Numbered from the stretch's first letter, positions 39,402-49,761 are shown. The stretch: DNA of 64,000 nt from Candidatus Marinacidobacterales bacterium (GCA_965237955.1 OZ250169.1:7648001-7712000), one strand, 5' to 3'. The notes: generated from the letters alone by a model not told the origin. Numbers and translations: made by a program.

Positions 39402-40061
39402 TCACAGTTTCCCAGTCTTCTTAAGAGCGATCCACAATGCCTCGTGGACTTCGGCTGTCGTTGCCAGGGCGCTTACCGTCACGTACCGCTCGGGTTCGCG
39501 CTTGGCCATCTTCGCGTATCCCTTGCGTACTCGGTTGTGGAACGCGAGCTCTTCCTCTTCGAAGCGGCCTTCTCTGCCGTGCGAGACACTTTCCTTGTTC
39601 CGGCGGCGCGCGCGACGGAGTCCCTCTTCGGCGGGAAGGTCTAAAAGCAGGGTGACGTGAGGTCGAAACCCGCCGGTCATGATCCGATCGAGCGAGCGGA
39701 TTAACCGAAGGGAGAGGCCTCGGCCGTAGCCTTGGTAGGCGAGGGTCGAGTCGGTGAAGCGATCGCACACGACGATCCGCCCGGCCTCGAGTGCCGGCCA
39801 CACCACCTCGCGCAGGTGCTGAGCCCGATCGGAAAAATAGAGCCCCAGCTCGCTCTCAGCGCACAAACGGTGGTTCTTTGGGCTCAGAACGACCTGGCGG
39901 ATCTGGCGCCCGATCGCGGTCGCGCCGGGCTCACGCGTGAGAACACAGTCGTAACCGTGTGCACGAAGTCGCTTCGCCAGCCGCGAAGCTTGAGTCGACT
40001 TCCCCGTCCCTTCGATGCCTTCGAGAGTAATAAAAATGCTCAAGCATTCGGAAGATAGCAT
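39402..40061 (-). CDS. tmk: Thymidylate kinase
   Basis: FITLEGIEGTGKST, TREPG, DRAQH, CDRFTDSTLAYQGYGR. Confidence 0.95.
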   Translation of the reverse strand: MLSSECLSIFITLEGIEGTGKSTQASRLAKRLRAHGYDCVLTREPGATAIGRQIRQVVLSPKNHRLCAESELGLYFSDRAQHLREVVWPALEAGRIVVCDRFTDSTLAYQGYGRGLSLRLIRSLDRIMTGGFRPHVTLLLDLPAEEGLRRARRRNKESVSHGREGRFEEEELAFHNRVRKGYAKMAKREPERYVTVSALATTAEVHEALWIALKKTGKL

Positions 40062-40069
40062 AGCTGTGC

Positions 40070-40203
40070 GCCGTCGGCCATCAGCCGTCGGCCATCAGCT
40101 GCCCGGAGTTGTGCTGAGCCACCAGCTAAACGCAGCTCGGGGCTGAGTTTGAGCTTCCAACTTTGGCAAAGCTGAGGCCTGCTGATGGCTGACGGCCGAT
40201 GGC
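40070..40203. repeat. Inverted heptamer-repeat element (MITE/REP-like)
   Basis: (GCCRTCR)n at 40070-40099 and its complement (GCYGAYG)n at 40181-40203. Confidence 0.6.
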
Positions 40204-40209
40204 AGCGTT

Positions 40210-41358
40210 CTAAACTGCAGTCCCCGCCAACATAGCCAAGTATCTGTGCGACGAGTTCAGAAGCAGAGAACTAGCCAACGTGACCGGCTGGCTTCGGTCG
40301 GTGATGAGCGCGATACCCTCTTCGGTTTCGCGGATGCATTTCACGATCAGGTAGAAGTTCTCGGTGCTCATGGAGAGGATCTCCATGTGGTCGTCGCTGC
40401 GCATGGCCGCGAGGTTCTCGAGGTATTTCACGAATGCGGGGAGTTTGTCGACGATGAGGCGATCGGCGGTCTCTTCGGGTGCGGTCACGAGCTCCGCGTC
40501 GATCTCCTCGGTTTGCAAGTCGAAGAAGAATGCAGCCAGAAGTGACGGCGTTTGGTCGTGGATCTCCGCCAGGATCTGCTCTTGCAGCGGCGTCCGATCC
40601 ATCGTCTTTTCGGGCTCCGTCGGTGGCACGATCTCGGAGACCGGCTCGCGCAGCTGCCCCTCCGCGGGAACGGTTGCGTCGCCTGGGTCGACGACGGGGC
40701 GCCTCGATTCGAGAAGCTCCTGGAGACGGCTGGCGCGACCCTTGGTGCCGCCTTGCTGGCGCGATTTCCAGATGTCCGGCGAAAAGTCGGATTGAAAGAC
40801 CTGGGCGACGGTCTCGTCGCGATCCAAGAGCTCGTAGATTTTGTTGAGAGCCTCTTTCTTCTCGAACGTGACTCCAGCTTCTGTCTCGAAGTAAGCGGTG
40901 GAAAAACGGCCGCGGACCTGGAGGATCATCCCGGTGCCTTTGCTGGTGAGCACCTCGAGAGAGCCGGTGTGGCCTTCGGATTTGAGCTTTGCGGTCAACT
41001 CTTTGAGCGGATCCGACGCGAAGATCTGTCCGAATATTTCCTTGCGGTTCGAAAGCCCTCTTAGCATGTGCGCCATGTCGAGGGGGAGCTCGTAGATCGA
41101 GATCTTGCCTTCCTTCAATTGCGCGGTGTTGCGGAGCTTGAGGGTGGCCTCGCCGGCGAGGAAGATCTTGTTGCCTTGACGATAAATAATGTTGATCTGC
41201 TCTCCCAGGTAGAAAAGAAGGAGTCCTTCGGCATCGCCGAACGCAATCTCCATGTAGCCCGAGAGGTTGACGTCTTCGCAGTGACGGATAATGCTGTCGA
41301 ACGGCGTCGTCTCGGTGGACAGGTCCTGAGAGAGTAGCTTGCTACCGGGAAACCGCAT
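40210..41358 (-). CDS. Hypothetical protein: two PATAN/DUF4388-like domains + roadblock/LC7-like C-terminus
   Basis: Repeated (L/H)(S/T)G.(M/L)E(I/V)...G.(L/I)L...G units; C-terminal AAFFFDLQT...EILSMSTENFYLIVK...IALITDR. Confidence 0.5.
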   Translation of the reverse strand: MRFPGSKLLSQDLSTETTPFDSIIRHCEDVNLSGYMEIAFGDAEGLLLFYLGEQINIIYRQGNKIFLAGEATLKLRNTAQLKEGKISIYELPLDMAHMLRGLSNRKEIFGQIFASDPLKELTAKLKSEGHTGSLEVLTSKGTGMILQVRGRFSTAYFETEAGVTFEKKEALNKIYELLDRDETVAQVFQSDFSPDIWKSRQQGGTKGRASRLQELLESRRPVVDPGDATVPAEGQLREPVSEIVPPTEPEKTMDRTPLQEQILAEIHDQTPSLLAAFFFDLQTEEIDAELVTAPEETADRLIVDKLPAFVKYLENLAAMRSDDHMEILSMSTENFYLIVKCIRETEEGIALITDRSQPVTLASSLLLNSSHRYLAMLAGTAV

Positions 41359-41590
41359 ATTAGACTCTAGTTCTAGTGCTTCGTCGCACGTCGTTCGCGC
41401 GCAGGAACCTCGAGTTGATTGGACAGAATGAACCCGTGTGAAAAGCATAACAGAGGCGTTGGAAAGCCAGCAACTGACCTTGCGTCAGGGGTTCGAAGGG
41501 TTTCGTGATAGGATCAAAGAATCTTGGTTCCGGTGACGGAACGTTGAGCAACCCAAACAAAATCTTAGGCAATCGGTTGAGATACGCCTG

Positions 41591-43054
41591 ATGGTTTTCC
41601 GCAAGAAGCGCAAGGATCCGTTCAAGGAGATCCAGGCGTGCCTCCAAAAGCGCGACTACAAAGGCGCTTTGGATTGGTTCAACACGTTGCTGCAGAAAGA
41701 TCCCAAGAATACGCAGATTCGGCTCCGCTTCGCGGATACGCTGGTGCTCGCGGGAAGCAAGAAAGAAGCCGTGAAACAGTTGCGGACCGTTGCCGACGAG
41801 CTCGCCGACAAGGGCTTCATGATCCGCGCGATTGCGATCAACAAGAAGATCCTCCAGATCGATCCGCGGCAAATCGACGTGCACGAGAAGCTCGCGGAAA
41901 TGAAAGAGGAGCGCTCGACGGCGACATCAGGCCCCTCTTTGGCGGAAGCGTTGACGCAACCGGGTGCGCCGATCCGGCGTGCCAGTGAAGAGGCGCCCGC
42001 ACCCGCACAAGCTTCACCGCCCAAGGTTTCACCGCCCGAGGCGCCACCGCCCAAAGCAGAAGAACTGCCGCAAACGCTTCCGGATCTCGAAGAGAGCATG
42101 GCCATGGAGTTCGGCGAGACGGGCGAGCTACCGGCGCACGCAACCGAAGCTCTAGAACCCGAACAGCCGGCGACGTCGGGTGGGTTCGAGCTCACGGAGC
42201 AAGCCGAGCCGCCCGCTGCTGAAGTTGCCCCCGTTCCTGAAGCTCCGCTCGATGAAGAGCCGAGCTTCACCGAAGAGCCCATCGAGCTCGACGCGAGATC
42301 CGAGCCCGACGAGCCCGAGCTCGTTACCGTCGACGCGGACACGGAAGAGCCGGCCGTCGAGCTGTCCTTGGATGGTATCGAAGAGCCGCCCTCGTCGCCA
42401 GAGATCGTTCTCGAAGTCGACCAGTCCGAAGAAGTCCCTATTGAGCCTATTGAGGAAGTGGTGCCGGAAGTCGTCGTGGCCGGTGAAGAGATGGAAGTCA
42501 TCGAGCTCGAAGTGGAGAGCGAACCGGAGATGGCAGCCGAGGGAAGCGACCCACTCGTTGGTGTTCTCGGCGAAGACATCGACTCTTTGATCGATTCGAT
42601 CATCGACGACGTTGGAAGCTCTGCCAAGGGCGAGCAGCCCATGGAAGACGAGTCGCCGACCCACATCCCTCTATTCTCGGATCTCACCACCCCCGAGTTC
42701 ATCGATGTGGCGCTCCTTTTGGTGCGCCGCGTTCTGAAGGTGGGCGAGCAAGTGGTGCGCGAGGGCGATCCGGGCGATTCGTTGTTCATCATTAGTACGG
42801 GAGAGGTGCGAGCCACCGTCGAGCGCGACGGCCGTCAAGTCCCGGTTGCGACGCTACGCGATGGTGACTTTTTCGGTGAGATGGCGGTGCTCTCGGGAGA
42901 GCCTCGCACTGCGACCGTCACCGCGGTCAAGAATACGGAAGTCCTCGAGCTGAGCCGTGAGAACCTCCGCGAGATCTGCAGCCGCCACCCACACGTCGAA
43001 GCCAAAATCCGCCTCTCCTACGACGAACGCATTGCGAGTGACCACGACCGCTAG
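41591..43054 (+). CDS. TPR + acidic linker + cyclic-nucleotide-binding domain protein
   Basis: RAIAINKKILQIDP; REGDPGDSLFII..G, GDFFGEMAVL..EPRTATV. Confidence 0.85.
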   Translation: MVFRKKRKDPFKEIQACLQKRDYKGALDWFNTLLQKDPKNTQIRLRFADTLVLAGSKKEAVKQLRTVADELADKGFMIRAIAINKKILQIDPRQIDVHEKLAEMKEERSTATSGPSLAEALTQPGAPIRRASEEAPAPAQASPPKVSPPEAPPPKAEELPQTLPDLEESMAMEFGETGELPAHATEALEPEQPATSGGFELTEQAEPPAAEVAPVPEAPLDEEPSFTEEPIELDARSEPDEPELVTVDADTEEPAVELSLDGIEEPPSSPEIVLEVDQSEEVPIEPIEEVVPEVVVAGEEMEVIELEVESEPEMAAEGSDPLVGVLGEDIDSLIDSIIDDVGSSAKGEQPMEDESPTHIPLFSDLTTPEFIDVALLLVRRVLKVGEQVVREGDPGDSLFIISTGEVRATVERDGRQVPVATLRDGDFFGEMAVLSGEPRTATVTAVKNTEVLELSRENLREICSRHPHVEAKIRLSYDERIASDHDR

Positions 43055-43119
43055 AGACAGCTCGTCCCGTTCGTGGCACAATAGATCGATACACCACCGC
43101 TCCAAAACCGAAGTTACCC

Positions 43120-43911
43120 ATGATCGTCAGTGGCGAGCTCGAGAACGTCCCTGTGTTGTACGTACTCCAAGTCCTGGCCTTTTCGAGCCAGAGCGGCGCG
43201 CTCTTCGTCGAATCCGTTGACACGACGGGCACCGTCCTTTTCGACCAAGGTGGGATCGTATGTGGGGAGTCCCCGGCGACGCGGCTTCTCCTTGAACGTG
43301 CTGCCCGGGAGGTCGATCCGCAAAACCGCCGAGCTTTCCGGCGGGTGCAAGCGCTGGCTTGCCTTACCGAGCTGATGTCGCTCCGGAGTGGAGTCTTCCG
43401 GTTCGAAAAACACGCCGAGCCCATGGCCGAGCTCGCCGGCGTCGATATGAGGTCGTTCTACGCATCGGGAACGATGTCCACCGCCGATCTCCTGCTCGTC
43501 CTGGCGACGGCGGTGGACAAGAAAGACAGCGTACCCGTGTCGACGCCGCAGGAGCGTAGCCAGGCAAGATCGCACCTGCGCTATTCGCCGACGCTCATCG
43601 AGGCCGAGCTTCGTCTCGGCACGTCGAAACTCTCCGGCTATCTCACGAACATGAGCGCCGGTGGCGCGTTCTTTCAAGGCGATGCACTCCCGGAAAAAGA
43701 AACCGTACCGGAGATTAGCTTCGAGCTCCCGGGTGGCATCGGTGCGATCGCGACCAAAGAGCGCGTGGTGTGGCTGCGCTCGGAGGCAACCGACGGTGAA
43801 CGCGGCGTCGGGCTCGCGTTCGAAGGGACATCGGCGGCGGACAAGAAAAAGCTTCACGCTTACCTCGAACGCTTCGAACGGCTCGCCGCCGATATGGACC
43901 TCGCCGGCTAG
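43120..43911 (+). CDS. DUF4388 (PATAN) + PilZ domain protein
   Basis: SGELENVPVLYVLQVL...SGAL...G.VLFDQG...SGVFRF; RSHLR and NMSAGG; GVGLAF. Confidence 0.8.
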   Translation: MIVSGELENVPVLYVLQVLAFSSQSGALFVESVDTTGTVLFDQGGIVCGESPATRLLLERAAREVDPQNRRAFRRVQALACLTELMSLRSGVFRFEKHAEPMAELAGVDMRSFYASGTMSTADLLLVLATAVDKKDSVPVSTPQERSQARSHLRYSPTLIEAELRLGTSKLSGYLTNMSAGGAFFQGDALPEKETVPEISFELPGGIGAIATKERVVWLRSEATDGERGVGLAFEGTSAADKKKLHAYLERFERLAADMDLAG

Positions 43912-44031
43912 CGCGGATCCCCGTAGACTTCGTGCATGGGATCTTCCCAGTACCGGACGTAAGCAAGATATACCTCGAATGTCATGGCGGAAGGATAGCG
44001 CGATCGGGACTTCGTTGATAGATTGCTCACG

Positions 44032-45330
44032 ATGGCACTCGAGGACAAACGGTTTCGTCTATCCGGTGGGGCGCTTCAAAAGCTCGTCAGCGATGCGCGG
44101 GAGCGCACGTTGGCGCTCGTCAGCGACTTGGAGGACGACCGGCTCGAAGTTCCGCCCATGGCCGGGGTCAACCCGCCCCGGTGGGAGCTCGGCCACGTGG
44201 CGTTCTTCTACGAAGTGTTCTTTCTCCGTCTCCTTGGTCGCGAAGGGTCCATACTGCCGCGTGCGGACGAGATGTTCGATTCCTTCCATGTCGAGCACGG
44301 GACGCGTTGGTCGTTGCCGCTACCGGATCGCAAGGGAACGCTCGCCTACATGGAAAACGTGCTCGAAGAAGTGGTGGCGCGTCTCGATGACGGGGAGGCG
44401 AGCGCGAGCGAGACGTATCTAGCGCTTCTGTGCACTCTTCACGAGGACATGCACGGCGAAGCGTTCACCTACACGAGACAAACGCTCGAGTACCCGCCGC
44501 CGCGGTTGGAAACATCGACGGAGCGTCTCGATGCCGGCCCGCTCGACGGCGACGTCGAGATACCCGGCGCTCGGTTCATGCTAGGTGCGAGCGAGGACGT
44601 TCCGTTCGTGTTCGACAACGAGAAGTGGGCGCACGCGGTCGACGTCGAACCCTTTCGCATCGCCCGCGCAGCGGTGACGAACGAGGCGTTCGCCGCCTTC
44701 GTCGATGACGGTGGGTATCGCCGTCGCGAGTGGTGGAGCAACGAGGGCTGGATCGCGCGCGCGGATTCCGGTCGCGAGCATCCGACATATTGGGTGCGCG
44801 GCGCAAACGGGTGGCTCGTTCGTGATTTCGATCGCGTCGTGCCCCTCGCACCGCACGCGCCCGTGATCCACGTGAGCTGGTACGAGGCCGAAGCCTACTG
44901 CAACTGGGCCGGTCGTCGTCTACCCACCGAAGCGGAGTGGGAGATGGCCGCGAGCGCCGAGCCCGACTCGGATCACAAGCGCCGTTACCCGTGGGGCGAC
45001 GCCGAGCCGACGCCGGGCCGCGCAAACCTCGACTCCCGCCGCCTGGGCTCCGTCGACGTTGCGGCGTTTCCGGATGGAGACAGCGCCTTCGGATGCCGCC
45101 AGATGTTGGGAAACGTTTGGGAGTGGACCGCCTCGGCGTTTTATCCGTTTCCCGGTTACATCGTGGATTATCCCTATCGTGAGTACTCAGCACCGTGGTT
45201 CGGGTACCAGAAGGTCCTCAAGGGCGGCGCGTGGGCGACCCGCTCGCGTCTCGCCAACAATACTTATAGGAACTTCTTCCTGCCGCACCGAGCCGACGTG
45301 CTGGCAGGCGTCCGCACCTGCGCGAAGTAA
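44032..45330 (+). CDS. senA: Selenoneine synthase SenA-type (EgtB-like DinB + FGE-sulfatase) enzyme
   Basis: NPPRWELGHVAFFYE, HEDMHGEAFTYTRQTL (SenA-type, not EgtB HEQQH or OvoA HERIH), FVFDNEKWAH, YREYSAPWF. Confidence 0.8.
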   Translation: MALEDKRFRLSGGALQKLVSDARERTLALVSDLEDDRLEVPPMAGVNPPRWELGHVAFFYEVFFLRLLGREGSILPRADEMFDSFHVEHGTRWSLPLPDRKGTLAYMENVLEEVVARLDDGEASASETYLALLCTLHEDMHGEAFTYTRQTLEYPPPRLETSTERLDAGPLDGDVEIPGARFMLGASEDVPFVFDNEKWAHAVDVEPFRIARAAVTNEAFAAFVDDGGYRRREWWSNEGWIARADSGREHPTYWVRGANGWLVRDFDRVVPLAPHAPVIHVSWYEAEAYCNWAGRRLPTEAEWEMAASAEPDSDHKRRYPWGDAEPTPGRANLDSRRLGSVDVAAFPDGDSAFGCRQMLGNVWEWTASAFYPFPGYIVDYPYREYSAPWFGYQKVLKGGAWATRSRLANNTYRNFFLPHRADVLAGVRTCAK

Positions 45331-45429
45331 GTCAGTTCTCTTCGAGCAACGCAGTCCAGTTGAGAAACTCCACTTCACCGTTGCTCTCACGAGTGCGCCA
45401 GCGTCGCGCACGATCGCTAGCACCGATGC

Positions 45430-47034
45430 CTACGGCGTCGTCGCGCCCTCCTCTTCCGGCGGTGGCTTTTCCGGCATGTCTTCGGGTGCAAACCGCGGCA
45501 GGAGCTCGTCGCGCATCGCGAGGTAGTAGACGGCGGAGGCGATGACGGTCGCGGACTTCATCGCGTCGCCCACCACCACGCGCTCGTACGCATCCAGATT
45601 CGAGTGCCACGAGTGTGTGCCGTAGTCGATCGGATCTTGTCCCATCCTGATGCCGGGTAGTCCAGCTTCGTTGAACGACGAGTAATCGGAGCCACCCCGC
45701 CGGCGGCTCTTCGTTGTTGTCGCGCCGAGCACGCCGAGATCTTCGAACGGTGTGAGCGCCACCCGCATGACCTCTGCGGCTTCGGAGGGACCGAAGACGG
45801 TCGCGCCGCGAGCGCGGCCGGGTCCCGCGTCGATGTTGAAGTAGCCGCCGAACTTGGCGTGCTCCGGCTTCGGATCCTCCGCGGTACCGAAGTGCTCTTC
45901 GACGTACGACTTCGAGCCGAGAACACCCTGCTCCTCACCGCTCCAAAGCGCCACGCGGATCGTGCGTCGCGGCTCGACGCCGATGGCGGCGAGAATGCGC
46001 GCTGCCTCCATCATCACCGAGCAGCCGATGGCGTTATCGGTCGCGCCCGTCCACGAGTGCCAGGAATCCAGGTGCCCGCCGAGCATGATGACTTCGTCGG
46101 CTTTGGCCTTGTCAGTGCCCGGTATCTCCGCGATCACGTTGTATGCGGTCTCGCCTTCCGGATAGAAGTGGTTCACGATCTCTAGCTCGAGCTCGATGGG
46201 GCCGTCTGCCAGTAGGCGCGAGATGCGACCGTAGTCTTCGTTTCTCAAGACTAGAGTCGGCGGCGACTTCTCCGGGTCGTAGGTGTGATTCCAGGACGCG
46301 CGGATCTGCCCGTGCGCTCTGGCCGCATCGTTCACCTGCACGAGCGCACCGTTTTCCACGAGAAACAGGGCGACGGCTTTGTCGACCGCTCTGCGATCGA
46401 GCTTCCCGTCGTCGCGAGGTCCACGACGGCCGCGGCGGAAGAGTCGCAGACGGAAGAGGTCGCTCGGTATCGGCTCGACGGGATCGTATTGCGACAGAAC
46501 CTGCGCGTCGTCGCGTCGCATCGTCGGTGGATCGAATGCCACGGGCACGGTTTCGTGCTCGCCGACGAAAACGATCTTGTCTTTTACTTTGTCGGCAACG
46601 GTCGACAAATAGATATCGAGCTCGTCTCGAGTCGGAAGCCGCGGTCGATCGATTTGAACGACTTCGGCGCGGACGACGCCGTCCGTGCCCGGGGTCCATG
46701 CGAGGACCTCCGCGGTAAGAACGTCTTTCACCGGTGAGACGATGTAGGCAGTCAACCGTTCGTTGGCCCAACCGGGATGCCCGAAATCCCACGGCTCGAG
46801 GTGCGCATTCTCGAGCCCCCACTCTGTCATTTGCTCGACCGCCCAGTGGCTTGCCGCTTCGAGATTGGGCGAGCCGGTGAGCCGAGGACCGTAGCGGTCC
46901 GTAAGCATGTGGAGCGTGGACAGAATCTGCGAGTTTTCTTTGGCCTCGCGTCGAATCTTCCACTCGACGTCGGTTTGAGCCGTCAGTGGCGCCGCGAGGG
47001 CGAGACCGGTAAGGAATGCGAACAAGCGCGCCAT
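45430..47034 (-). CDS. Secreted M28 family peptidase (carboxypeptidase Q-like)
   Basis: GPRLTGS, GGHLDSW, GATDNA, WSGEEQG, GSDY, WHSNLD. Confidence 0.9.
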   Translation of the reverse strand: MARLFAFLTGLALAAPLTAQTDVEWKIRREAKENSQILSTLHMLTDRYGPRLTGSPNLEAASHWAVEQMTEWGLENAHLEPWDFGHPGWANERLTAYIVSPVKDVLTAEVLAWTPGTDGVVRAEVVQIDRPRLPTRDELDIYLSTVADKVKDKIVFVGEHETVPVAFDPPTMRRDDAQVLSQYDPVEPIPSDLFRLRLFRRGRRGPRDDGKLDRRAVDKAVALFLVENGALVQVNDAARAHGQIRASWNHTYDPEKSPPTLVLRNEDYGRISRLLADGPIELELEIVNHFYPEGETAYNVIAEIPGTDKAKADEVIMLGGHLDSWHSWTGATDNAIGCSVMMEAARILAAIGVEPRRTIRVALWSGEEQGVLGSKSYVEEHFGTAEDPKPEHAKFGGYFNIDAGPGRARGATVFGPSEAAEVMRVALTPFEDLGVLGATTTKSRRRGGSDYSSFNEAGLPGIRMGQDPIDYGTHSWHSNLDAYERVVVGDAMKSATVIASAVYYLAMRDELLPRFAPEDMPEKPPPEEEGATTP

Positions 47035-47189
47035 GAATCGATTTACCTCCGAGCGGGATTATATGATGATTCTTTTGATCCGCCATCGGCCATCGGCCAT
47101 CCGCCGCTGAACGCCCCGCCTCCGAGCCCGGCGGCCTCCGACTCGCAACGCCGTCGCTACTCTCGAGCAATGACTCTCTAGTGACGTTG

Positions 47190-47344
47190 ACCTCCTTCCA
47201 TCGCGGACGACGACGACGGCGTTCATGAGCACGAGATGAGGTTGGGGGATGACCCCACTCGCATCAGGCTCGGCAAGCTCCCCCTGCGCAAAGACGAGGC
47301 TCGGTACGAGGACGAGAAAAAATCGCGCTAGCGCGTAGTCTCAT
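47190..47344 (-). pseudogene. Frameshifted, truncated remnant of a secreted (amidohydrolase-like) gene
   Basis: ATGA-coupled to the pqqD-like stop; MRLRASAIF, then a shift in a T6 run to LVLVPSLVFAQ...LVLMNAVVVVRDGR. Confidence 0.35.
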
Positions 47345-47688
47345 GGCTTCTCTCCTTTGGATTGGAGCTCCGGGAAAGTGACGAGCTCCTCCCTTTGCAG
47401 GAAGCGAACGAACTGCCCGAGGCGCTCCTCGGCCGGCTCGACCGAGTCGCCGTACTCTGTCCGCAGTGCCTCGGCGATGTCGCCCGCGGTTTGCCGCCCG
47501 TCCATATGACGCCAGCAGAAGCTTCCGGCTTCATCGAGTCGCAGGCGGCGTACGGCAAGGAGATAGATCAACCAGTCGATGGGCCTGCGCAGACCCCGGG
47601 TCACGGGCCGCGGACGGATGACGATGACGCGGCCGTCTTTCTCCTCCGCTTCGGCCACGGCGACGGGCGTGAGATCGAGAAGGTTCAC
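47341..47688 (-). CDS. PqqD-family / RRE domain protein
   Basis: LDEAGSFCWRHMDGRQTAGDIAEALRTEYG...RLGQFVRFLQREELV winged-helix pattern. Confidence 0.8.
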   Translation of the reverse strand: MNLLDLTPVAVAEAEEKDGRVIVIRPRPVTRGLRRPIDWLIYLLAVRRLRLDEAGSFCWRHMDGRQTAGDIAEALRTEYGDSVEPAEERLGQFVRFLQREELVTFPELQSKGEKP

Positions 47689-47709
47689 GCACCTTCCCCC
47701 GGAAATCGA

Positions 47710-49677
47710 CTAATCCGTTTTCGTGCTCGGGAGTCCACCTTTACCCATCTTCTGGAACGGAAGCGCTACGAGCAGATAGAGCATGGCCGGATAGATGAGA
47801 AGACCCGGCCAGTAGCTCGAGCTCACCCCCCCCATGCTCTCCTGGAGCCACGCGAGCGCCGGTAAGCGGTCGGCGCCCAGGACGAGAAACGCGAGCGCTA
47901 CCGCCATCAAGGATTCCCCCGCGATGAATCCTGAAGACATCAACGTTCCCGTGTTCTCGGCGCGCACGCGCTCGTCGGCGCCGGCCTTTTGCCGGTTCAG
48001 AAGCCAATCTAAGAGCGCCTTGATCAAGCCGCCTACGAAGATAGCCGAAGTGGATTCGAACGGGAGATACATCCCGACCGCGATCAACATCGGCGACGGC
48101 GCCTTGATGAGGATCAGACCGATCGCGAGGAACATCCCCACGATCACCAGAGGCCACGCCATGTCGCCACCCACGATGCCGTTGGCCATCAGCGCCATCA
48201 GGCCCGCCTGGGGCGCGGGAAGCTCGGCCGATCCGATCGTGTACACCTCATGAAGCGCCATCAGGGGAAATGCGAGCACGAACGCGGCGAACAGCACGCC
48301 GATGATCTCGCCGACTTCCATCTTCCACGGAGTGCCCCCGAGGAGGTGGCCGACTTTGAGATCCTGCATCATGTCGCCGGCGATCCCAGCGGCGCAGCAC
48401 ACGACGCCGGCAACACCGAGGACGGCGGCGACCCCGTGGACGTCGGTCAGCCCGACCGCCACCATGAGCAGCGCGGAGATCAGAAGTGCGCTCAGCGTCA
48501 GTCCTGAAATCGGGTTGTTGGAGCTTCCGATGAGCCCGACGAGATACCCGGCCACGGCCGCGAACAGAAAGCCAAGGACTACCATCACGGCGGTGAGCAG
48601 CAGCGCGCCGGTGAAGGCCTGGGCGAAGTAGTAATAAAGAGCAAACGTGCCGATGGCCGCGACGCCGACGCCGAGCGCGGTTTTCTTGAAGTCGATGTCC
48701 ACTTCGGTGCGGTCGGCGTCCCTGCCACCTTGGGCGCCAATGTTCTTCACGGCTTTGCTGATGCCGGTGATGAGAGACGTGCGCAGGTTGTAGAGGGTGT
48801 AGAACGCCGCCACGATCATGGTGCCGACGGCGAGAGGGCGGATCTGACGCAACCATATTTGAGTCGCCAAGTCCGAGCTTTGTTGGTCGGCCCACCCAGG
48901 ATTGAGAAACAGTGCCAAGGGAACGAAGACGAGCCAGCCCATGAGCGCGCCCGCGAACAGGATTGCCGAGACGCGGAAGCCGACGATGAAGCCGACGCCC
49001 ATGAGCGCGGGCGACGCCGCCGGTGTGGCTAGATGTAGCCCGCCGGTGTATGCGATTTGTTCCTGCCCGATCTGGATCGTCGAGCGGCCGAACGCCAAGA
49101 AACGGTGCGCGCTATCGGCGATGAAATGGATCCCGTTCGAGTTCTTGAAGAGCTCCCAAAGACCGGCGAGCCCCATCGCGCCGAACACGAACGCCGCGCC
49201 GGTTTGTCCGCCCTGGCCCGCTTTGACGATCTCTGCGGCGGCGACGCTCTCGGGGAAAGGAAGGTCGGCTTCGACGACGAGGGTTCGCCTCAAAATAATA
49301 ATGAAGAGAACGCCGAGGATGCCGCCGATCAGCATGATCGCCGTGCTCTCCCAGTACCGGATCTCCTCCCACGCCCCCGCGATCACGAAGGCGGGGATGG
49401 TGAAGATCGCTCCGGCAACGAGCGCTTCACCGACCGAGGCGGTGGTGCGGGCGATGTTTTCTTCCAGAATCGAGCCGCGCAGCGGACGCAGTGCCGCCAT
49501 CGCGACGACGGCGGCGGGGAACGTCGCGGCGACGGTGAGACCCGCCTTCATTCCGAGATAAGCGTTCGCCGCGCCGAGAACGACCGCCATGATGACGCCT
49601 AGGAACACCGCTTTGAAGGTGAGCTCCGGCATAGTCGACGAAACGGGTACGTAGGGAACGTTCGGCTTTTTATCCAT
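47710..49677 (-). CDS. OPT-family oligopeptide transporter
   Basis: ANAYLGMKAG, FTIPAF, LPFPES.AAAE, GSSNNPISG, MQDLKVG..LGGTP, LPAPQA, SGFIAGES. Confidence 0.92.
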   Translation of the reverse strand: MDKKPNVPYVPVSSTMPELTFKAVFLGVIMAVVLGAANAYLGMKAGLTVAATFPAAVVAMAALRPLRGSILEENIARTTASVGEALVAGAIFTIPAFVIAGAWEEIRYWESTAIMLIGGILGVLFIIILRRTLVVEADLPFPESVAAAEIVKAGQGGQTGAAFVFGAMGLAGLWELFKNSNGIHFIADSAHRFLAFGRSTIQIGQEQIAYTGGLHLATPAASPALMGVGFIVGFRVSAILFAGALMGWLVFVPLALFLNPGWADQQSSDLATQIWLRQIRPLAVGTMIVAAFYTLYNLRTSLITGISKAVKNIGAQGGRDADRTEVDIDFKKTALGVGVAAIGTFALYYYFAQAFTGALLLTAVMVVLGFLFAAVAGYLVGLIGSSNNPISGLTLSALLISALLMVAVGLTDVHGVAAVLGVAGVVCCAAGIAGDMMQDLKVGHLLGGTPWKMEVGEIIGVLFAAFVLAFPLMALHEVYTIGSAELPAPQAGLMALMANGIVGGDMAWPLVIVGMFLAIGLILIKAPSPMLIAVGMYLPFESTSAIFVGGLIKALLDWLLNRQKAGADERVRAENTGTLMSSGFIAGESLMAVALAFLVLGADRLPALAWLQESMGGVSSSYWPGLLIYPAMLYLLVALPFQKMGKGGLPSTKTD

Positions 49678-49720
49678 GCACGCCTCCGAATGGCCGGCAA
49701 TATATCAGCTACGGGTCGCC

Positions 49721-49761
49721 AACAAAAGAAAAGCCACCAGCAGCTCGCGCTGCTGATGGCT
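49721..49761 (-). terminator. Intrinsic terminator after the DUF1501 gene
   Basis: Minus strand AGCCATCAGCAGC-GCGA-GCTGCTGGTGGCT followed by TTTCTTTT. Confidence 0.6.

Noticed and set aside
47264-47344. 26-aa Cys-containing ORF (MRLRASAIFSRPRTEPRLCAGGACRA) as a RiPP precursor for the RRE
   Set aside because: It is better explained as a frameshifted signal-peptide gene remnant, and no maturase is nearby.
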